64,000 nucleotides of DNA, taken from contig CAVVYR010000027.1 in assembly GCA_963752475.1 (NCBI GenBank), forward strand, positions 1 to 64,000, written 5' to 3'. Under the pieces are notes generated by a model, which saw only the letters and a program-made list of their open reading frames with translations, made no database searches and was not told where the DNA came from. This document shows positions 40,489 through 50,270 of the stretch, in pieces. A program made the position numbers and the translations under genes. Positions within the stretch are counted from its first letter, which is position 1. Every line of letters starts with the position of its first letter. This DNA comes from an uncultured Chloroflexia bacterium (GTDB lineage: Bacteria; Chloroflexota; Limnocylindria; Limnocylindrales; CSP1-4).

Positions 40489-42075
40489 TCAGTCTGCATC
40501 GAGGCTGCGGCGCAGCTCCGACTTTCAGGACCTTGCCAGCGGCATTGAGTGGCAGGTCGTCGACGACATACGATCGCCCGCGGGACCTTGTACGAGGCGA
40601 GCCGCTCAGCCAGCCAGCTCGTGAGCTCGACCGTGTCGACGCCCGAGGGTCCTGCGGGCACGACGAAGGCCACGGGCACCTCGCCCGGACCGGGTGTCGG
40701 ACCTGGCCACGACCGCAGCCCGGTCCACGGCCTCATGCTCCGCGAGCAGGTTCTCGACCTCGACGCTCGATACCTTCTCACCACCTACGTTCACGACGTC
40801 CTTGAGCCTGTCGACGAGTAGTCACGAAGCCCTCGGCGTCGCTGGACGGCTAGGTCCCCCGTTCGCAGCCAGCCCTCGCTGTCCGTCACCGGCTCGTCGC
40901 TGCCCCACCTGCCGGGGCTGATGAGTGCGCCACGCAGTCGCAGCTCGCCGGTCTCGCCGACCGCTACGGGCTCTGCCGTCGCAGGCTCCGCTACCATCGC
41001 CTCCAGCGGTGGGCGTAGGAAGGCCGATGGAGCCGACGCGATCGTCTGCATGCTCCCACGGCATGATCACTGCCGGCGACGTGGCCTCCGTCAGTCCATA
41101 CGAGTTGTGGACACGAGCATCTGGGTAGGCCTCCCTCAGTGCCCTAAACAGCCGAGGCGGCATCGGTGCGCCCCCGACACCGATCACGCGGAAGGGAATG
41201 CGCTCCGCGTGCTGAGTCTTGGGCCACCAGCATGCGCTGGTAGATCGTCGGCACGGACATGGAATGGGTGGCTCCCGTCGATGCAGCCAGTTCCACCATG
41301 CCCTGGGCGTCGAAGCGGCCCAGCAGCACGACGGTTCCACCCAGTCGTCAACATAGGCACTAGCTGGGCGAACAGACCCGTGCCGTGGAAGATCGGTACC
41401 GCGATGATGCTGCGATCCTCAGGTACGAGACCGAAGACACACCTCGAACGTGCGCGCGGCCTGGAGTGCGTTGCGATTGGAGATCCGGACACCCTTGGGT
41501 TGACCAGTGGTTCCAGATGTGTAGAGCACGAACGACGTGTCCTCGTACTCCGACACGGCGGCATCCTGCAAGGGGCCCGAGCGTGCCCAGCTGTCGATCT
41601 CCGATTCGACGACCACTCGGACACCGGGCCCGAGCGCTGCCGGTGCGGTCGCGACGTCGTCAGCCGCGATTACGACCCGCGGCGCGGAGTCTGCGACACG
41701 AACCTGAAGCTCTCGCGGCTTGAGTCGTGTGCTGAGCGTGACCGCTATCGCGCCCAGGGCCCAGCACGCCAGCGCACTGACACAGAAGCTGGTCGAATTG
41801 CGCATCAGGAGCCCGACTCGATCGCCGGCGAGCACGCCATGCTCGTGGCTGAGTCGCCGAGCTACGCGCAGGCTCTTCTCGCGGAGTTCCTCGTACGTCG
41901 TCGAACCGTTCTCGTCCATGACCGCGAGGTGCTCGGGCGTCGATCCAGCGACGACTTCGAAACGCGCCCACAGTGACTCGCGCGTGATGTCGAACTCCAC
42001 CGCCCCCTGACGATCGCTGGTCGCCACGAGCGACTCGCGGGAGGGATCGCGCCAGTAGGCCGAGCCGAGACTCAC
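40489..42075 (-). CDS. Acyl-CoA synthetase (AMP-binding), several frameshifts
   Basis: YTSGTTGQPKG, SYGLTE, WLRTGD, GGEKV, YKVP. Confidence 0.85.
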
Positions 42076-43235
42076 GGTCCGGAGTCGACGGGATCGACCA
42101 GAAGCTCTTGGTCGATCGCCGCATTGTCCTCCCCGACGGCCGGGGCCCACTTGCGAGACTTCAGGACCTCTCCGTCGATCCGGATGGGGCAGCGCAGCGT
42201 CTGGAAGGAGGCTCCAGATGGGCGGGTCACCTCATACAGCAAGTCCATCGACTTGAAGCCGTCATGCTCGATCAGGTCGCGCCACTCCAGCACCTCACCG
42301 CACCACACGTCCCGCTCGCCGAAACGTTCGATCCATTCGGCAGTGGTAGCCGTTCGCAAGTGGCGGGCGATGATGCGCTTCACCTCATCACGGTGCTCGA
42401 ACTTGGCGCTCTCCTCGTAGAACTCGTCGAGATCGTCGGCCTCCATCACCTCCGCAAGCGTCCTGATCGAGGCCATTGCCAGGGCGACATAGCCGTCCGT
42501 CGTCTGGTAGAACCCGTAGGGGGCGGCGTTGTAGATGTGACCGCCGTTCACGACACACCGCTCCGGCACCTCACCATCACGGAGGTACGTCACGAACATG
42601 TCGATCTGGGCGTCAAGCATCGACTCCATGAGGCTTATGTCCACCAATCCGCCTTCGCCCGTCCTCTCGCGTCGGACGATACAGGCAAGTATCCCCTGAA
42701 CAAGGTAGGCGCCCGTGAAGGCATCTGCTACGGCGATGCTCGTGGGCATCGGGGGGTCTATGTCACGACCCTGGAGATAGCCTACGCCACTGCGCGCTTG
42801 GACCAGCAGGTCCTGACCGGGCTTGTCTTTCCAGGGCCCGGTGGGTCCATAGCCAGAGACGCTCGCGTACACCAGCCGGGTATTCAACGTGCGTACGTCT
42901 TCGTAGCCCAGCCCAAGGCGTTCCATGACCCCGGGCCGGAAGTTCTGCACCAACACATCTGCCCTCGTGATCAGCGACCGGACGCGGGCAAGATCGTCAG
43001 CGTCCTTCAGGTTGACCCCGTAGCTCTCTTTGTTCCGGTTCAGCGTATGGAAGAGCAGGCTGTCGCCATCGACATCGAGGTTCTTGAGGCGCAGCTGACG
43101 GTTAAGGTCGCCTGTCCCGGAACGCTCGATCTTGATGACCCGTGCGCCGAGGTCGGCCAAGCGCAACGTCGCCGAGGGCCCCGCGTAGTACTGGCTGAAG
43201 TCGAGGACGATCAGGCCGTCCAGTGGAAGTGTCAC
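42072..43235 (-). CDS. Family III CoA-transferase (CaiB/BaiF)
   Basis: AGPSA..LADLGA.VIKIE, NRNK, NFRPG, GYG, KPGQD. Confidence 0.95.
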   Translation of the reverse strand: MTLPLDGLIVLDFSQYYAGPSATLRLADLGARVIKIERSGTGDLNRQLRLKNLDVDGDSLLFHTLNRNKESYGVNLKDADDLARVRSLITRADVLVQNFRPGVMERLGLGYEDVRTLNTRLVYASVSGYGPTGPWKDKPGQDLLVQARSGVGYLQGRDIDPPMPTSIAVADAFTGAYLVQGILACIVRRERTGEGGLVDISLMESMLDAQIDMFVTYLRDGEVPERCVVNGGHIYNAAPYGFYQTTDGYVALAMASIRTLAEVMEADDLDEFYEESAKFEHRDEVKRIIARHLRTATTAEWIERFGERDVWCGEVLEWRDLIEHDGFKSMDLLYEVTRPSGASFQTLRCPIRIDGEVLKSRKWAPAVGEDNAAIDQELLVDPVDSGP

Positions 43236-43240
43236 GTGTT

Positions 43241-44033
43241 CTACCTACCTCGATAGTTGGCTGGCCGCTTGTGTACGAAGGCACTCACACCTTCCTGGGC
43301 GTCCTCCGTGGCGAACAGATAGCCGAGTACTGCGCGCTCCATGTCCATCCTTACACTCAGCGATGACTCGCCTGAGCCATGGATGTAGCGCTTGATGGCG
43401 GCCAGGGCCATCGGCGCTCGAGTAGCCAGTTCGCAGGCGAGTTCCTCCGCTGTCTCTCCCACCGAATCTGGCTGGGACGACGCGGTTGACAAGCCCGAGT
43501 CGAAGCGCGTCGGAAGCCGAGACTGGCTCCCCAAGCATCATCAGTTCGGCAGCCTGATGCTTGGTCAGGAGTCGGGTGATGCGAGGACCGCCCCCGAACA
43601 AGCCGATCTTCACTTCGGGTAGGCCCAGCTTCGAGTCATCCGCCGCCACCACCAGGTCGCAGCTGTTGGCAAGGATGAGTCCAGCGCCGAGCACATAGCC
43701 ATGGACTGCGGCAACGACCGGCATCGGAACTCGCTCAACGCTCTCACACATCGCGCGGAAGACGGACTGGAATGAGAGGAATGTCGCTTCGGTATGCTCG
43801 TCGTAGGCTCCGATGTCGGCGCCGGCGCAGAAGGATCGTCCACTTCCTGACAGAACGACGGCGCGGACGTCGTCGCGCTCTGCGAGCCTGTGGAAGGTGT
43901 CGGTCAGTTTGCCGAGCATCGACACATCCAGGGCGTTCAGCTTCGACGGACGGTCGATCACGATCCTGGCGACCGCGCTATCGACCTTGAACGCTATGTT
44001 GCCCTGTTCGGGCTGAGGCGTCGCCTCCATCAC
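43241..44033 (-). CDS. Enoyl-CoA hydratase/isomerase, frameshift near 43470
   Basis: KLNAL, FCAGADI, LPEVKIG, EDAQEG..AF..KR. Confidence 0.9.
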
Positions 44034-44095
44034 TACCCTCCGTTCAGCGGTCGGCCAGTCTGGCGAGCCGTCGAGAGCTCGTCGTCTCCAGGCTC

Positions 44096-44114
44096 ATGCT
44101 CGATTCTCGAGCAT
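44096..44114. promoter_or_regulatory. Regulon motif site 2, palindromic core ATGCTCGA-n3-TCGAGCAT
   Basis: Lies between the divergent hydratase and GntR genes. Confidence 0.7.
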
Positions 44115-44205
44115 CCATGGTAACCTGTTGGACGACGCCGTTGCATGCGGTGGGCCGGGCTATCGGACCGCACCGATGGCGCAGCAGAGGGATCCCATCA
44201 GCAGA

Positions 44206-44952
44206 ATGGCAACAAGCACGACGCCGCCGCGCCGCCGAGCGGTCCGCAGGGAGCTCCTTAGCGATCAAGTCCATGATCGCCTGCTCAGGGACATCATGTC
44301 CGGCGAGCTTAGCCCAGGCGACCGCATCGTCGAGAAGCGCGTAGCCGCCGAGCTGGGCGTGAGCAATGCGCCCATCCGCGAGGCCATCCGCCGCCTGGAG
44401 TCGGAAGGACTGGTGGTGACGTCGAGTTACGCGGGCGCGGTCGTGCGGGAGCGAGCCATCGAGGAGATGCTCGATGTCTACGAAGTCCGCGTAGCCCTAG
44501 AGTGCCGTGCGGTACGTGGTGCACTTGCCCGCAGCGACAAGGTCGCCCTGGTCGGAGAGCTTCGCGATGTCTACCGGCGCATGCGCCAGGTCGCGGCCGA
44601 GGGCAGCATGGCTGAGTGCGTCCGCCTCGACTTGGAGTTCCACGGCCTGCTCTACGAGGCCGCCGGGAACGAGCAGCTCACCACGACGGCCAGGCCCATC
44701 CACAATCAGATCAGCGCGATGACCTCGGTGAGCAACTTCCTCTACTTCGACGATCTCCTGGAAGTGGCCGAAACGCATGCCCCATTCATCGCGGCCGTCG
44801 ACACCGGCGACCCTGCTGTCGCTGAGCGCGCGGTCGTCGACCACTCTGCGCGAGTGTGGGAGCGAGCGCTGGACTCCAACCCCAAGCTGCGCGACGAGCT
44901 GAAAGGCGTACCGTCGCTTGGGGAGCGCTTCGCGGATATCCTCCGCGCGTAG
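44206..44952 (+). CDS. GntR/FCD family regulator
   Basis: ELGVSNAPIREA..L..EGLV; LDLEFH..AAGN. Confidence 0.95.
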   Translation: MATSTTPPRRRAVRRELLSDQVHDRLLRDIMSGELSPGDRIVEKRVAAELGVSNAPIREAIRRLESEGLVVTSSYAGAVVRERAIEEMLDVYEVRVALECRAVRGALARSDKVALVGELRDVYRRMRQVAAEGSMAECVRLDLEFHGLLYEAAGNEQLTTTARPIHNQISAMTSVSNFLYFDDLLEVAETHAPFIAAVDTGDPAVAERAVVDHSARVWERALDSNPKLRDELKGVPSLGERFADILRA

Positions 44953-44955
44953 GTT

Positions 44956-46035
44956 CTAGATGGTCAGCGCTGGCCGGTGCTGGCTCGCGCTTTCAGGCTC
45001 AGACTCCGTCGGCGATCGGGATACCGGCCCCATCGGTCCAGCGTGTCCCTCATGCCGATGACGTTCGCAGGCTCGAGGTACGCGGCCAGGCTGTTGCCGC
45101 TGCTCAGGATGTAGCCTCCGCCTGGCGCGACATCCCGGATCAGCCCACGCACCTCCGCCTCCACGTCCTCGACGGAGCCGATCGTCAGCGTATTCAGGTC
45201 CACGTTTCCGATCAGGCACAGGCGGTCGCCATACTCGCGCTTGACATCGCGGATCTCCATCGCTGCCTTCTCGATGGGGTTGAATCCCACGACATCGAGG
45301 GTCGTGACATCCGGCAGGAACGGGAACATGTTGCCGTCGCTGTGTAGGACCCACGGCACGGCGAGATGGGATTGGAACTCGCGATAGCGAGGTACACAGA
45401 GGTCGCGGAAGACCTGAGGCGAGAAGAACGTCGTCGTTCCGAACGCGACATCATCGGTCGTGACGACAGCGTCGAACCCCAACGCCGATGCTTTCTCAGC
45501 GACGATGCATGACCACTCGAGGTAGCGGTCGAAGACTGCCTCGACCAGGGCCACATCCTCGAATAGCATGAGTGAGAAGCCCTCGACACCCATGGACGTC
45601 ATTGTCGGCACGGTCCCGATTCTGCGTGACGAACCAGGCGGCATAGTCCTGCTTCCCGTCGATGAAACGCTTGACCGGCTCCCACATCTTCGAGTCGCTG
45701 TGGGTCTGGCAGATCGATGAGATCCAGATCCTTCGACGTCCTTGATCAGCCCATCCCCGTAGAAGACCCGACCGTCCTTGCCTTCGTGCTTCTCCGCGAC
45801 CATCGGGGGGCGCAGGAAGTAGCACACGTTGTCCTGATGCAAGTGCTTGGCGATCGTGATGGCCTCCTCGATCGAGTACTGCTGTATGTCGAGGTCCTGC
45901 TTCTCGTCTTCCGGGTCCCCAGCCGAGCAGCTTCCTGACGAAGTGGGGGTCGATCAGCAGTTCGCACCAGGGCACCCTATCCGGGACTTCGTGCCTCAGC
46001 GCCGCCGCGACGCGATCTCGGGACGTGTATGACAT
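44956..46035 (-). CDS. URO-D-family (MtaA-like) putative methyltransferase, frameshifted
   Basis: SRDRVAAALRHEVPDRVP, TDDVA, LHSDGN, GNVD, GGGYILSSGN. Confidence 0.82.
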
Positions 46036-46081
46036 GCGTTCCCCTTCGGTCCGATTTCCAGCAGTGGGGGGCTCTGGTCCT

Positions 46082-46110
46082 ATACTCGAGTATCGAGCAT
46101 CGAGAGTCAA
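46082..46110 (-). promoter_or_regulatory. Regulon motif site 3
   Basis: TTGACTCTCGATGCTCGATACTCGAGTAT on the minus strand upstream of the URO-D gene. Confidence 0.7.
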
Positions 46111-46189
46111 GCGCCCCGCGCTGGGTGTGGTCGCCCCACCGTCCGCCGCGGCCACCGAGTGACCGAGCCAAGACCAACCCACGGGATTG

Positions 46190-46896
46190 CCATCGGGGTG
46201 CGCGTGGGTCGGGTCGTCGACGCGAGGAAGATGGCCAAGCACTTCGAGCTCGACATCGGCCCCGGCCGCTTCGGCTACACCCGTCGCACCGCAGCCATCG
46301 CCACGGAGGCCGCGCTCGACGGCATCTACGTCGTGCGCACGAGCGTGCCGGTCGGACGGCTCGACGCGGGCGCGGTGGTCGAGACCTACAAGGGCCTCAG
46401 CGCCATCGAACGCGACTTCCGGATGCTCAAGGGTGACGAGCTCGCGGTGCGGCCCATCTTCCACTGGCGCGAGGACCGCGTCCGGGCACACCTCTTCCTG
46501 TGCCTGCTTGCCGCGTATCTGCGCTGGCACCTCGAGGCGGCCTGGGCCCCGCTGCTCTTCCGTGACGAGGAGCCACCGGGGCGGGCGCACCCGGTGGGGC
46601 CGCCGGGTCGTTCCGCGGAGGCCCGCCACAAGGACGTCCGCCACATCACCGCCGACGGCCATCCCGTGCACAGCTTCAAGACGCTCCTCGCGGAGCTGGC
46701 CACGCTGACGCGCAACCGCGTCGTGCCGGCCGGTGCCGACGGCGAGGCGGCCTTCGAGATCCTCGCCGAACCCACGCCGTTGCAGGCGCGCGCCTTCGAG
46801 CTGCTCGGGGTCTCACCCGACCACAAGTAGCCAGAGCGCCGCAGCCCGGATACCCCATCCACGCTCGGATCCGCCTTTCGAGCGCTGGAAGTTCGG
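46190..46896 (+). mobile_element. IS1634-family transposase, 3' fragment
   Basis: EAALDGIYVVRTS, YKGLSAIERDFR..K, RPIFH..RVRAH, PTPLQ..AF; possible end ggaagttcgg. Confidence 0.82.
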
Positions 46897-46967
46897 CCTA
46901 GCCGTCAACCCGCGGCCCTGGTCGGAGACCGCGGGTCAGGGCAGGCTGGGCCTACGGAACACGAGGA

Positions 46968-47042
46968 AGCAGCGCCCGTGCCAGGCACGGGCGCTGCTCG
47001 AAGGAGGAGGACCTGCATGAAGCGGGGCCGTGTCGGCCCCGC
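46968..47042 (-). terminator. Two hairpins downstream of corrinoid copy 2
   Basis: agcagcgcccgtgcc/ggcacgggcgctgct and gcggggccg/cggccccgc stems. Confidence 0.55.
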
Positions 47043-47048
47043 GCCGAT

Positions 47049-47675
47049 CTAGCTGAGCAGCTCCTGCGCCACGACCGCGGCAGTGGCGGCGTCCTTGGCG
47101 AAGCCGTCAGCGCCGATCTCGGCCGCGAACTCGTCGGTCACGGGCGCGCCACCCACGAGGATCTTGGCCTTGGGGTCAGCCGCGCGCACGGCCTCGACGG
47201 CCGCCTTCATGCCCACCATCGTGGTCGTCAGCAGGGCGCTGATGCCGACCACGTCGGCGCCGTGCTCCTTGACGCCCTCGGCGAAGGCCTCGGGGGCCAC
47301 GTTGGTCCCGAGGTCGACGATCTCGAAGTTGGCGCCCTTGAGCATCATGCCCACGAGGTTCTTGCCGATGTCGTGGAGGTCGCCCTGGACGGTGCCGATG
47401 ACCGCGGTGTGGTCCGGCTTCACGCCCGACTCCGCGAGCAGCGGCTCGATGAGCGCGGTGGCTTCCTTCATGGCGTGCGCGGCGATGAGCATCTCGGGCA
47501 CGTACACGCCCTCGTTGCAGGCGAACTTGCGCCCGACCTCGGTCATGGCCTCGGTCATCGAGTCGAGGATCTCGCCGGGCGGAACGCCCTCATCGACGGC
47601 GGCCTGGGTGAGGCTCACCGCCTCGGCGCGGTTGCCCGCCTCGACGGCGGCGGTCAGAGCGGAAAGGTCGGCCAT
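47049..47675 (-). CDS. Methyltransferase corrinoid protein, copy 2
   Basis: Differs from 6931..7557 at about 5 of 208 residues. Confidence 0.95.
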   Translation of the reverse strand: MADLSALTAAVEAGNRAEAVSLTQAAVDEGVPPGEILDSMTEAMTEVGRKFACNEGVYVPEMLIAAHAMKEATALIEPLLAESGVKPDHTAVIGTVQGDLHDIGKNLVGMMLKGANFEIVDLGTNVAPEAFAEGVKEHGADVVGISALLTTTMVGMKAAVEAVRAADPKAKILVGGAPVTDEFAAEIGADGFAKDAATAAVVAQELLS

Positions 47676-47719
47676 GGGTTGGTTCCTCCTCCGGACTCTA
47701 TTGCGTGTGGTGCCGGCTC

Positions 47720-48109
47720 GTCAGCGTGTCGCATGCTGTCCCGCATGGGTGTGCTTGACGAGGCTCGGCCGGGCCGCGGCGATGAGCGGCACCGCGCCCA
47801 CCGGGCTGCGCTCGTGTTGGGTGGGTCGACGAGCGACCACTCCTGCGGGGAGAGCGGTCCGGGGGCCGCGATGCCTACGGCCATCGGCTTCGCATTACCT
47901 GCGGCACGATGGCCGCTGCGCGCCCCACGCAGCAGCGCCAAGCAGTGCGCGACAACCGCATCTCGACCCTCGGGCATCGGCGTCGATGGCGAGTGGCGCG
48001 CGTGGACGACACCATCCGGCGTCACCACGGCTGCTCGGGCACGGGTGCCGCCCAGATCGAGCGCCAACACAGGTCCCACGAGGGTCCTGTCCGTGTGCTT
48101 GGCGGGCAT
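47720..48109 (-). pseudogene. ROK-family kinase with internal deletion
   Basis: LALDLGGT..VGIAAPGP..PPN joined directly to terminal GAVPLIAA. Confidence 0.75.
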
Positions 48110-48145
48110 CAGCGGTCCGGTGTCTGGGTGGCGGAGTCCACGAGA

Positions 48146-49204
48146 TCAGTTGCCGCGGCTCGGCACGTCGCTCGGCGCATGGTCGTACGCGTACGCGACG
48201 AGGGCTCGAAGGTTCTCAGGCGGCGTCTCGGGCGGTAGTTCGCAGCCGGTGCCCACGATGTGCTTCGGTCCGCAGATCCCGTGACAGCGAGCTGCGTCGG
48301 CGTAGACCTCCTCCGGGCTGCCGCTGAGCATCGTGGGCACCGTGGCCACGTTGCCGAGGATGACGCGATCAGGTCCGAGCACCTCGCGAGCGTGGGCGAG
48401 ATCGACGGGGAAGTCCAGCTCATAGATGTCCACCGGGAGTCGCTTCATCATCGGCAGGAGGTCATCGGTGCGGCCGCACATGTGCAGGCGCACGACGACG
48501 TCAGGCCGCTCCGCCTTGATGTCCTCGACGATACGTCGCTGGGCAGGGTAGATGTGGCGCTCGTAGTGGGTGGGGCTCAGCATGGAGGCGGCTGCATCGC
48601 TCATGCCGATGGTGTCCGCGCCGGCCTCCACCTGCGGTTTCCAGTAGGCGCGCGCCACCTGTGAGGTGAAGTCGAGCAGTTCGTCCACGAACGTCGGATC
48701 CTCGTAGGTATCCATCATGAAGGCGGAAAGGCCGCGCATCTCGGCGGCCAGGGCAAGGGGACCCTCGACCCAGCCCACGATGGACGCGCCCGAGCCGGCT
48801 GCCTCGCGCATGATCTCGATCGACTCGACCCGTTCACGCATGCGACCCGGTGCCAGTGGGTCGGGCACGCGCAGTTCACCCAGCTTGCCCTTCTCCAGCA
48901 CGAGCGCGCGAGACTCCACGATGACCGGGCCCGTGGGGGCCCACTCCACGCTGCTGTCGTCGCCACCGGCGATGTCGATGAGCTCGCGCGCGGGGTCGGA
49001 GCACTGCATCAGGCAGTCGATGCCGTACTCGTCCGCCATCGACAGCTGGGCTTCTGCGAGCATCCGCGCGTCGGTCACGTAGTCGTTGTAGGCGTGGCCC
49101 GCGTGACGGGCCGCGAACTGCATGATCAGGGGCTGCACCAGCAGGCGGTCGGTCGGCCTGCCCGAGAGCAGTTCCGCCAAGCGTCCCCGGGCACCGAGGT
49201 TCAC
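48146..49204 (-). CDS. URO-D-family methyltransferase (MtaA/CmuA type); start uncertain
   Basis: GWVEGP, GADTIGMSD, LHMCG, GNV, GTGCE (His-x-Cys...Cys zinc set). Confidence 0.9.
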   Translation of the reverse strand: MNLGARGRLAELLSGRPTDRLLVQPLIMQFAARHAGHAYNDYVTDARMLAEAQLSMADEYGIDCLMQCSDPARELIDIAGGDDSSVEWAPTGPVIVESRALVLEKGKLGELRVPDPLAPGRMRERVESIEIMREAAGSGASIVGWVEGPLALAAEMRGLSAFMMDTYEDPTFVDELLDFTSQVARAYWKPQVEAGADTIGMSDAAASMLSPTHYERHIYPAQRRIVEDIKAERPDVVVRLHMCGRTDDLLPMMKRLPVDIYELDFPVDLAHAREVLGPDRVILGNVATVPTMLSGSPEEVYADAARCHGICGPKHIVGTGCELPPETPPENLRALVAYAYDHAPSDVPSRGN

Positions 49205-49440
49205 GGTGTCGCTGCCGGGCGCAACGGGGGCAGGCGGTCGCTCGCAGCTGGGCGACTCGCCTGATGGGGCGTCATGGTTCGTCGGTCGTGGCGCCAGGCT
49301 CGTCAAGCTCTCAACGCGACCGGTGGCTTCCTGATGACCTGAGTCAGCGCTCATCGCCGAGGTGGGCGCTCGCCCGTAGCACGACATACGTTCCCCCTTG
49401 GTCGGGCTCTCTCGGAGAGGCTTGGTTTGGCGCATGTTGG

Positions 49441-49469
49441 ATGCTTGAACATCGGGCATCGATAGTCAA
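49441..49469 (-). promoter_or_regulatory. Regulon motif site 4
   Basis: TTGACTATCGATGCCCGATGTTCAAGCAT on the minus strand. Confidence 0.65.
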
Positions 49470-49559
49470 GTAGCTGCTCACCTTCATCGAGACGACATCG
49501 TCCGATGGCTCTTGTCCTGCAGCGCCACAGGGGTTATTCCAGGGGTCGCAGCCGGGTAC

Positions 49560-49870
49560 TTTCGCAGGAGGCTCGTGACCAGCAGAGGTAGTCGGTGGCA
49601 GTGCGGGTGGCGAGATTCGTGCAGCGTCTGCTTCGAGCGACGGGTGCCAGTCTCGTGGCGTGGTGCAGCAGGCGATCGAGCGACGCCACAGCGGCGGTGT
49701 GCTCGGGCATGTAGCGCACCTTCCACCGTCAGGTCACCGCAGCCTCGCCGAGCCCCCAGAAGGATGTGCGACTTCCCGGTGCCTGCGCGGCCGATGAGGG
49801 CGACGTTCTCGGCAGCATCGATCCAGTCGAGCGAGGCGAGGTGCTCTAGCGTGGCCCGGGCACCGAGGAC
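49560..49870 (-). mobile_element. IS21-family IstB ATPase relic
   Basis: LASLDWI..ENVALIG..GTGKSH and A..LDRLLHHA fragments, internally deleted. Confidence 0.75.
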
Positions 49871-49908
49871 TCGGTCAGGTCGAAGGCCTCGAGGGTGCGG
49901 ACCCGTCG

Positions 49909-50229
49909 TCATCCTTCATCCTCGTCTCCGCCGATCAGTACGTAGCCATCCTGGATGCGGACCGAGACTCGACGTAGGGACTCCGTGGCCGGCTCCTCGA
50001 TGACAGCTCCCGTGAGAGCGTCGAACTCCGAGAAGTGGGCAGGGCACGTGATGACGGTCCGGTCGAGGTAGTCCCCTTCGAAGGGGACGTCCTGGTGGGT
50101 GCATCGACCCTCGAGCGCGACCACGACCTCACCAGCTCGGGTCACGACCACCGGCACGTGGCCGTCGTGGAAGATCGTGGCTTCTCCATCGACTAGGTCA
50201 TCAAAGCGTATCTGCAGCACCGGGGTCAA
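49909..50229 (-). CDS. Rieske [2Fe-2S] ferredoxin
   Basis: CTH...CPAH motifs; 106 aa. Confidence 0.92.
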   Translation of the reverse strand: MTPVLQIRFDDLVDGEATIFHDGHVPVVVTRAGEVVVALEGRCTHQDVPFEGDYLDRTVITCPAHFSEFDALTGAVIEEPATESLRRVSVRIQDGYVLIGGDEDEG

Positions 50230-50270
50230 TCCATCCTTCCTAGCACTCGTGGTCCTGTCACAACGCGCAA

